Virus record (IMG/VR): IMGVR_UViG_2851924183_000002
Span: 10,130-74,129 of that record
DNA from: a virus
Taxonomy: Duplodnaviria; Caudoviricetes
Strand: one strand, 5' to 3'
DNA length: 64,000 nt
In this document: piece by piece, positions 57,092-64,000 of the stretch
Position numbering within the stretch: the stretch's first letter is position 1
Layout of the letters: every line of letters starts with the position of its first letter
Notes under the pieces: generated by a model
What the model was told of the DNA's origin: nothing
The model's database searches: none
Seen by the model: only the letters and a program-made list of their open reading frames with translations
Made by a program: the position numbers and the translations under genes

Positions 57092-57137
57092 AGATACTAT
57101 GCTTGGAAGTTCTTAAGAACTTCCAAGCATAGTATCT
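57092..57137. repeat. Perfect 46-bp palindrome
   Basis: AGATACTATGCTTGGAAGTTCTT|AAGAACTTCCAAGCATAGTATCT. Confidence 0.95.
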
Positions 57138-57173
57138 TATATGCCCATCATTTATTAAAAAAGGAGGTCTGTT

Positions 57174-57335
57174 ATGAACACTATGGTAGTACCTCGTCCA
57201 GCCGAAAAACGTACCAACCGTCGTGAAATGTCACCAGAACGTTTAGCTACGTTAGTAAATACTGCTGAACAAGCAGCTCAACGTGGTACAGAACGTATGG
57301 AAAAAGTGAGACAGTCTGTTAGTCTTCGAGGCTAA
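57174..57335 (+). CDS. 53-aa protein, candidate antitoxin (not in ORF track)
   Basis: AAGGAGGT RBS; MNTMVVPRPAEKRTNRREMSPERLATLVNTAEQAAQRGTERMEKVRQSVSLRG; stop 2 nt before the toxin start. Confidence 0.75.
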   Translation: MNTMVVPRPAEKRTNRREMSPERLATLVNTAEQAAQRGTERMEKVRQSVSLRG

Positions 57336-57337
57336 GA

Positions 57338-57799
57338 TTGTCTCAATTTGTATTTGCATATCACTCAAAATTTAATAATGACTCAGATTTCAAAGAAGTT
57401 TTTGAGGAGTTTTGCTATTACAAAGAAAATAGTGAACCTCATGAACACCCATCACCTAGACGTCATGCACAAGAAACCTACGAAAGTTTATCTCCTTTGT
57501 TTGGGCGTGATCGTTTCGATAAAAAATACCCTGAAGCTAGTAATCAGAATATTCAACACTTGCACGTAAAGCAACCTCATTCTAAGTGGGACTTTCTTGA
57601 TGGTTCTGCGAAAACCCAATGGGAATGCACCAGCGATAGCTATTTAGTTTATTCTTATTTCGAGCATAACGGTATACATCATTATTTTGTGCTTGAGTTT
57701 TATAAATCAGAAAGTCATGCTCAATATGAGCAGGATGTTCAAATTTTTATTCATGAAGCAGAGCAGTACCGATTGACTCAAATTAATTTGACTGCCTAA
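57338..57799 (+). CDS. YafO-family toxin (mRNA interferase)
   Basis: LFGRD...IQHLHV...W...QWECTSDSYLVY signature; TTG start. Confidence 0.75.
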   Translation: MSQFVFAYHSKFNNDSDFKEVFEEFCYYKENSEPHEHPSPRRHAQETYESLSPLFGRDRFDKKYPEASNQNIQHLHVKQPHSKWDFLDGSAKTQWECTSDSYLVYSYFEHNGIHHYFVLEFYKSESHAQYEQDVQIFIHEAEQYRLTQINLTA

Positions 57800-57889
57800 A
57801 TCACTTAAAAATATTAATTAAAAATAGATAGATACTGCGTATCAAATTATACTTGTGGCTTGAATCGACTTGCTTGCTAATAATTTGAT

Positions 57890-59455
57890 ATGAACCAACT
57901 TGATAAAAAAGACAATGCTGATTTAGACAAAATTGATAGAGATATCAATTTCCATCGAATCATGGTTTTTCTGATTCTTATTACAGCTATATTTTTTTAT
58001 ATGATTTTTATTAATCTTAAAGTTACTGAATCTGCTCAAAGTTGGGGACCAGTAGGCGATTTCTTTGGGGGCATTCTTAACCCAATTTTTGCATTATTTG
58101 CCTTTTACTGGCTGACATATTCAGTTCGACTACAAATTAAAGAGTTAAAAGAAACACGAGTAGAGTTGGCTAAAGCGACTAAAGCTCAAGAAGAGTCAGC
58201 AAAACATCAAGAAGAAATTGCTAGGCTTGAAAGTGAAAACGTAAAAACTCAAGTTGAGATTTTAGAGTTAAATAAAGATACATTGAAGAGTCAGCAAGAT
58301 GCAGCAATTGCACAACAACAACAAATTGCACTTCAAAATTTTGAAAGCCTTTTTTTCCAGTTGTTAAAAGCAAAAACTGATATTACGAATGATATTAGAT
58401 ATTTTAGAACAGCTAAAGGACATCAGGAAGCAGAATTATTTGTTGGAAAAGAAGCCATAAAATATGGTATAGAAGGATTCAAACAATCTCAAACCTCTAT
58501 GGCTTGGGAAGAATACTATCGGCATAACCTCTTAGATTACATGGGTAGTTATTTTCGAATTTGCTATCAAATTACAAAATTAATTGATAATACAGATGAT
58601 CTTAATGGTCATACTGATACTGAACACTACTCTAAAAAGAGAAAAGAATATTTTGATATCTTTAGAGCAACATTGACACAATATGAGCTTGAAGTATTTT
58701 TCTTTAATTGCTTAGGGAAATATGGCAAGGATAATTTTAAGAGTTTAGTTGAAAAATATGGGATATTTGAACATATTCTTTTTGAAAACAATGTTTATGA
58801 TCATAAGGCTATAAATAAAATATCTAGATTCGCGTATAAATATAATGGAATTGCTTTCGAAGATAGTGATGCATATAAATCTTATTTTGATGAGTTAAGT
58901 CGAATTAAATTTGGTTTGAGTGAGAAGGATTTTAATAGTATTTGTATAAAACTAAAAGATGTAAAGTTCATTTTAAATTTAAACTCAATTAGAGTTGCTG
59001 CATCAATTAATTCACTAATTTCTTGGAAGATGAATGAATTAATTTTCACGGAAAATAACATTGAAATTATTAAGGAAAAATCTATTTCATATTATAAAAA
59101 AATTAATGAAATTAAAGATTATGAGGGGTATATAAAAGAGTATAAGAGTATGATTGAGTATGTTGAAAATTATTTTAAGGTGGAGGGAAGAGAGCCAGTA
59201 TATTATGAAAAAGTTAGATGTAATTCAGCTTCAATTTACTCACTATCTGATTTGGATTCAAGTATAGACGTTTGCAAAGAACATATCGAGCAAAAAAATA
59301 ACTACTTAGGAATGATTGATTCATTCTTGGAGGAGCTTAGAAAAAATGAATATACGGAAACCGTACTAACAGTTATTAAATACAACATTGATTACTTAGA
59401 ATATTGTAAATATATGAATAACAATGAAGAAAAACAACAAAAGAAAAGTGCCTAA
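57890..59455 (+). CDS. Putative abortive infection protein (putAbiC family) with C-terminal extension
   Basis: WGPVGDFFGGILNP, QNFESLFFQLL, GSYFRICYQITK, YFDIFRATLTQYELEVFFFNCL. Confidence 0.8.
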   Translation: MNQLDKKDNADLDKIDRDINFHRIMVFLILITAIFFYMIFINLKVTESAQSWGPVGDFFGGILNPIFALFAFYWLTYSVRLQIKELKETRVELAKATKAQEESAKHQEEIARLESENVKTQVEILELNKDTLKSQQDAAIAQQQQIALQNFESLFFQLLKAKTDITNDIRYFRTAKGHQEAELFVGKEAIKYGIEGFKQSQTSMAWEEYYRHNLLDYMGSYFRICYQITKLIDNTDDLNGHTDTEHYSKKRKEYFDIFRATLTQYELEVFFFNCLGKYGKDNFKSLVEKYGIFEHILFENNVYDHKAINKISRFAYKYNGIAFEDSDAYKSYFDELSRIKFGLSEKDFNSICIKLKDVKFILNLNSIRVAASINSLISWKMNELIFTENNIEIIKEKSISYYKKINEIKDYEGYIKEYKSMIEYVENYFKVEGREPVYYEKVRCNSASIYSLSDLDSSIDVCKEHIEQKNNYLGMIDSFLEELRKNEYTETVLTVIKYNIDYLEYCKYMNNNEEKQQKKSA

Positions 59456-59471
59456 GAGGCACTTTTCTTTT
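59440..59471. terminator. Bidirectional terminator
   Basis: AAAGAAAAGTGCC-taaga-GGCACTTTTCTTT. Confidence 0.8.
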
Positions 59472-59486
59472 GCTAAAATCGAAGTT

Positions 59487-60321
59487 TTACCCCTCAATCA
59501 TATGCACATACTTATACCACTCATCCATTAGATCATTTGATTGATTTTCAGTAGGGTAGTAATGGTTTTTGCAATCTTTATAGTGGCGATATTTAGAATT
59601 TATTGACTCAGCAGGTGATAAATTTTGATACTCAATGTACGCAGATAAATAAGCGAAAATATTAGTGTTTGAATTTTTAGAGTAAATATCATTAGTTAAG
59701 AATTGAAAAAATGAAGCTCTCTTTTCTGCTGGGCTATTAGTACTATTAAAATTGAATTTATGGAAAACATTTTTATGGTGATTGTAGAAATGCGTAGAAA
59801 ATTCTGTATCTGTAAAGGAGGTAATTAATCTTAATTCAGAATAGATTAGGAAAATAAATAGAAAAACTTTTTGTGTCTCATTCAAATCATATTTTAATAA
59901 GGAAAACTTATTAATAATTTTAACAAGTTGCCTTGGATTAGGGGAATATGTCTTACATAAGGCTATGAAAGTATGAAGTTCATTTCTCTGAAGGTCAAGT
60001 TGATAATCTTTATTATAGTTATTTAGTATTTCAGCATACCTGCTCCCATCTAAGTCTTTATTTTTCAACATCACAGAAAAATCTATAAACTTCTCAAGAT
60101 AATTTGCAGTACTCGAAAATCCATAAAAATTATTGATCGATTCTTCTAGTTGATTTTTATTCACAGCAAGAATGAATACAACTTTTGGAATGTCAAAAAA
60201 GTGCTTGATACGTTCGATTAGGCGAATCGCAAATTCAGGTTTACAGCGGTCAAGTTCATCAACAATAAAGACTAAAGGTTTTTTCTCTTTTTTTGTAATT
60301 TCAGCAAGTTGAGCTTTAAAG
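59487..60321 (-). pseudogene. KAP-family P-loop NTPase, 5' half missing
   Basis: PLVFIVDELDRCKP Walker B, IKHFFD, YLEKFID present; no Walker A; frame begins at the IS end. Confidence 0.85.
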
Positions 60322-61360
60322 GGCTTTGTTGCACAAACATTCAAAAGCTAAACTTCTTCCAAGTTATCTAAATTTAAGTGGCAACTTGGGTGTGAGGTCG
60401 GCCTAAATCTGTAAATTTATTTAATACGGCCACACGTGCATGAATCTCATTGACTTGGCTTTGAAAGTTTCTCGCACGGAGTTTATCGCCTAATAATTTG
60501 ATGCAATGCATCTTGGTTTCTATCAGACTTCTGCGATGATAGCCTGACCAATTTTTCCATATTGTTCTTCCTAAACGTTTAACTGTTCGAAGTAATTCAT
60601 TTCGCTCTAGCGAGCTGGTCTTTGTATCTTTCCAAGGTTTCGCATTTTTTCTTGGCGGAATCACCGCATGTGCTTGTCGGTCTGCAATTACTTGACGGCA
60701 TTGCTTGGTGTCATAAGCCCCATCAGTATAGACAGAGTCAATCTGCTCATCTTGTGGAATCTGATCGAGTAAATCACCAAGCACTTGTGAATCACTCACA
60801 TTATTTGTAGTGAGTTGAATAGCGCGTATTTGAAGGGTTTCAGCATCTATACCAATATGAAGTTTACGCCATTGGCGACGATATTCAGGTTGGTGTTTCT
60901 TACGCTTCCATTCACCTTCGCCTAGAAACTTTAAGCCAGTAGAATCGACGAGTAGCTGGAGACCATTACTGCTTTTTTGATAGTTAATTGCAATATCAAT
61001 ATGCTTTTGTCTTCTGCAGATGGTGGAATAGTCTGGTGCTGTCCAATCTAATCTACAAAGATGAATGAGACTTTGCACAAAGCCAGTGACCATGCGTAAA
61101 GAAAGACGAAATAAGGATTTGATCATTAAACAGCATTGGATGGCTGTATCTGAATAAGTTTGATTTCGACCATGTTTACCTTTGGGTTGAGCGTACCATT
61201 GAGTCTTGGGATCAAACCAAATTGAGAGATTTCCTCGATTTATTAATGCACTGTTATAAGAAGACCAATTGGTTGTACGATAGATTTTAGGTGTGGGCTT
61301 ATTCATTTGAGAATTATATTGTGGAATAAGCCTTTAGAGATAGGTTTGTGCAACAAAGCC
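60322..61360 (-). mobile_element. IS5 family, IS903 group insertion sequence (1039 bp)
   Basis: 16-bp terminal IRs GGCTTTGTTGCACAAA; flanks GCTTTAAAG and CACGCCAAT do not match. Confidence 0.95.
60374..61306 (-). CDS. tnp: IS5-family transposase
   Basis: TTNWSSYN, LLVDSTGLKFLGEGEW, TDGAYDT, GYHRRSLIETKM. Confidence 0.96.
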   Translation of the reverse strand: MNKPTPKIYRTTNWSSYNSALINRGNLSIWFDPKTQWYAQPKGKHGRNQTYSDTAIQCCLMIKSLFRLSLRMVTGFVQSLIHLCRLDWTAPDYSTICRRQKHIDIAINYQKSSNGLQLLVDSTGLKFLGEGEWKRKKHQPEYRRQWRKLHIGIDAETLQIRAIQLTTNNVSDSQVLGDLLDQIPQDEQIDSVYTDGAYDTKQCRQVIADRQAHAVIPPRKNAKPWKDTKTSSLERNELLRTVKRLGRTIWKNWSGYHRRSLIETKMHCIKLLGDKLRARNFQSQVNEIHARVAVLNKFTDLGRPHTQVAT

Positions 61361-61573
61361 CACGCCAATTACAAGATGGATTTAGAGATCGCTAAATTGA
61401 AACGATCTCTATGAATCACACACCTTATGAGTTTCAAAAGTTGAGTGGTGTATTAGTTCACTAAATATTGAAAACTGATTAACGTATCCTGAGTAAAGAC
61501 AAAATAAAGGTCATGTGGGAGTTGTCCTACATGACCTTTTCTAATAAACGATTAGCTGTATTAGCTATGACGT

Positions 61574-61927
61574 TTATTTCTTAAACTCAGTAATCTGGAT
61601 CGGCTTATCTTTGACAAACTCGACAATGCCTTCACTTCCTTTGATGTGAATCGATACGCCTTTGCCGTCCGTCATAAACATACCGCTTGCGGCTGGTGCA
61701 CTTTTCAGCATGAATGTTCGATCTGAGTTATCCGTCATCATCGCTGTTTCAAAATTATCAGATGACTTCAGTTCAATGGTTAAATCCATTGGTCCTGTGA
61801 AGTGAATCACTTGTGTTTCTGCAGTATTATTGCTTGATGTGTTTTCTTGAGTGACTTTTCCTGTTGGTGCAGAAGTACAACCCACTAAGGCTAAAGTAAC
61901 GAGTGTTGCACCTAAAGCATTTTTCAT
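61574..61927 (-). CDS. Lipoprotein, possible MliC/ACP-like lysozyme inhibitor
   Basis: LVGC lipobox; LKSAPAASG motif; downstream hairpin 61506-61539. Confidence 0.65.
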   Translation of the reverse strand: MKNALGATLVTLALVGCTSAPTGKVTQENTSSNNTAETQVIHFTGPMDLTIELKSSDNFETAMMTDNSDRTFMLKSAPAASGMFMTDGKGVSIHIKGSEGIVEFVKDKPIQITEFKK

Positions 61928-62136
61928 AAAAATGACCTTTTTATATATAAATCATAAGTCCATATATACTATTTGGTATATCTTAAGTTTAAAAGTTTGC
62001 TTTACATTCGCTTTACATAAATGGAGTTTTACGTTGTATAAACGTACTGTTATTCACCTTAAGCGGTTCAAAATACGGTTTAAAGTATTCATTCAAACTT
62101 TACACAACAGAGTAAATTGATATTTAAAAGTTCAAT

Positions 62137-62643
62137 TTATTCAGTGGCATTAAATGCGTCATGATAACTGACAACGCCCTGAGGTATTTCTCCATTGAAA
62201 CTAAGGGATTGAAAGTATTCGCTAGGAACGCTAGGTAAAACCAACTCTAGATAAGGTCGAAACCCAAAGCGATGATAATAATTGGGATCCCCTAGTAGAA
62301 CACAGCCTTTGGCACCCAGTTGTTTTAATTTTTCAAGGGATGCCTGCATCAGCTGTGACCCAATGCCCAAACCTTGTTTAGTTGGGTAGACAGAAATTGG
62401 GCCTAGGCCATACCAACCAGTTGTACCTGTCGAGATAGATACAGGTGAAATGGCGACATGACCGATAATTGAATCATCTTCAACAGCAACTAAAGAGATC
62501 GGGAGTTGACCACTTTTTCGGAGACTGTTCACAATGAATTGTTCCGTATGGCTGGTATGTTCTGCATTTAAAAATGCAGCGCGAGTCAACTTCTCAATGC
62601 CTTCAATATCTTCTGGCTGTTCGTCTCGAATCGTGATGTTCAT
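62137..62643 (-). CDS. GNAT N-acetyltransferase (YhbS-like)
   Basis: WYGLGPISV...QGLGIG, VLLGDPNYYHRFGF. Confidence 0.92.
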   Translation of the reverse strand: MNITIRDEQPEDIEGIEKLTRAAFLNAEHTSHTEQFIVNSLRKSGQLPISLVAVEDDSIIGHVAISPVSISTGTTGWYGLGPISVYPTKQGLGIGSQLMQASLEKLKQLGAKGCVLLGDPNYYHRFGFRPYLELVLPSVPSEYFQSLSFNGEIPQGVVSYHDAFNATE

Positions 62644-62704
62644 TAAAAAATCCTTATGAGTATTCGTGTAGTATAAAGTGAGCTACTTTTATGAAGACTT
62701 AACT

Positions 62705-64000
62705 TCAACCCACTCTAAATAGCTCCGACCAGTTGCTTAAATAGGCAGGGGAGCGATTGCACTGATTCATTTGCCAAGGTTCTCTTTTCTCATGGCAAAC
62801 CCCTAAAGAAATCATACTTTTACCAAAACGTTCAGTAATAGCATCCATGGTATTGGAGAGTTCTTCACGGTTATTTTTATGGCTATAGTCGGTAAAAAGA
62901 TCATGCACAAATTTAGATTTATCCATAATTTCCAAAAGGACGATGCCTGCCTTTTTGTATTTAAACCCTGACTTGTAAATTTGGTCAATGCCTTTCATAG
63001 CTGCTTGTGTAATTTCAAGTAGATCATCGGTATGTTCATGCATGTGCACAATGGTATAGGGCGAGTAACGTTCACTTTGACTAAAACGACCTGTTTGAAT
63101 ATACACCCCGATCATTTTACAAATAGAGCCATCATGACGTAGACGTTTAACTGCACTGGCAACGTATAAGCGTACAGAGGCTTTGATGTCATCAATTTCA
63201 TACACAGCTTGACCGTATGAGCGACTACTAATAATTTGCTTATGTGCAACCGCATCACTTTCAATATTGATGCAAGACATCCCTTGAAGTTCACGGACAG
63301 TCTTTTCCATCACTATGCTAAATTGCTTTTTAATTTCACTCGGCTTGGAGTCGATCAAATCTAAAACCGTATAAATACCCATCGCGTTCAGCTTTTTGCA
63401 GTTCTGTCGACCGACGCCCCAGACTTCACCGACCTCCACATCTGCAAGCATGTATTCAGCAGTACATGGATCCATGTGTGCCAAATTGCACACGCCATTC
63501 AACGCCTTATTTTTCTTGGCTAAATGATTGGCTATTTTGGCTTCTGTTTTGGAACGACCAATTCCAATACAGCAGGGAAGACCAAGCCACTGCCATGCCT
63601 TGTCTTTCATGTCTTTGGCATAGTCAGTGAGGTTAAATAAATACTCATAAGCCGTTAGCTTTAAAAAACATTCATCAATGGAATAGATCTCTTGTTCATC
63701 GGCTGCCACATATTGCCCCAATAACTGCATGAAGCGGCGAGACATTTCCCCATATAAAGCATAGTTACTCGAAAACACTTGAATATTATGCTGCTGGACA
63801 AGTTCTTGAATTTGAAAAAAAGGGACAGCCATGCCAATGCCGAGATCCTTGGCTTCTTGGCTTCGAGCAACCACACAACCATCATTATTACTTAACACAA
63901 TCACAGGACGGTCATTGAGCTTTGGATTAAATACGCGTTCACACGAGACATAGCAATTATTCACGTCAACGAGCGCGAATATTTCAGTTTCATTTTTCAT
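62705..64000 (-). CDS. umuC: Y-family DNA polymerase V subunit
   Basis: LVDVNNCYVSCERVF, VLSNNDGC, YSIDE, terminal W.M.....SPAY. Confidence 0.95.
   Translation of the reverse strand: MKNETEIFALVDVNNCYVSCERVFNPKLNDRPVIVLSNNDGCVVARSQEAKDLGIGMAVPFFQIQELVQQHNIQVFSSNYALYGEMSRRFMQLLGQYVAADEQEIYSIDECFLKLTAYEYLFNLTDYAKDMKDKAWQWLGLPCCIGIGRSKTEAKIANHLAKKNKALNGVCNLAHMDPCTAEYMLADVEVGEVWGVGRQNCKKLNAMGIYTVLDLIDSKPSEIKKQFSIVMEKTVRELQGMSCINIESDAVAHKQIISSRSYGQAVYEIDDIKASVRLYVASAVKRLRHDGSICKMIGVYIQTGRFSQSERYSPYTIVHMHEHTDDLLEITQAAMKGIDQIYKSGFKYKKAGIVLLEIMDKSKFVHDLFTDYSHKNNREELSNTMDAITERFGKSMISLGVCHEKREPWQMNQCNRSPAYLSNWSELFRVG

Larger units (their letters stand above)
22916..60321. mobile_element. P2/phiCTX-like prophage, probably defective
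   Basis: int-xis-primase-cI-cargo-ogr-D-U-T-E-FII-FI-G-H-I-J-W-V-S-R-lysis-X-L-M-N-O / P-Q order; both att ends not visible. Confidence 0.9.

Noticed and set aside
56971-57137. CRISPR array, dif site or confirmed telomere resolution site
   Set aside because: The two palindromes share no sequence, there is no spacer array or XerC/D consensus, and no cas or protelomerase gene is present
60322-60344. Start of the 285-aa ORF
   Set aside because: The first codons are IS inverted-repeat sequence; the gene is a truncated KAP NTPase
547-63885. Numerous 60-146 aa ORFs antisense to or nested in phage and umuC genes (e.g. 37406..37846, 38408..38770, 42634..43068, 51119..51436)
   Set aside because: Shadow frames of well-supported genes with no RBS or recognisable motif
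61574-64000. Lipoprotein, GNAT and umuC as part of the prophage
   Set aside because: They lie beyond the IS deletion junction; nothing in the window links them to the phage

Overview
AT-rich gammaproteobacterial DNA, most likely Acinetobacter (inferred from composition, the IS903-group IS and the umuC context). About 95% of the window is two adjacent prophages. (1) 1..22915 is the left (repressor) half of a Mu/B3-like transposable prophage: repressor, ner, transposase, ATPase, early genes, Mor/C activator, lysis, terminase, portal, MuF, protease, capsid, sheath and tube. It runs off the window and its CA terminus sits 30 bp upstream of the second phage's integrase. (2) 22916..60321 is a P2/phiCTX-like myovirus prophage: int, split primase-helicase, cI, C4-type antisense RNA, ogr and complete tail, lysis and head modules. 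It carries two AT-rich cargo blocks: two putAbiC-like genes, a tandem pair of paralogous coiled-coil/2TM genes, a YafO-like toxin with an unannotated 53-aa partner behind two 23-bp-arm palindromes, and a truncated KAP NTPase. Its right end appears deleted by an IS5-family element (60322..61360), after which come a lipoprotein, a GNAT and umuC. The most notable items are: a promoter-led ~80-nt tRNA-like RNA antisense to and abutting the MuF nuclease-like C-terminus, with no protein immunity gene; two copies of a type I TA-like module (antisense RNA plus small membrane peptides); the twin palindromes; a TIM-barrel second tail protein of alphaproteobacterial type; and an Acb4-like sponge moron. 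Family assignments are from motif recognition by eye; no database search was run.
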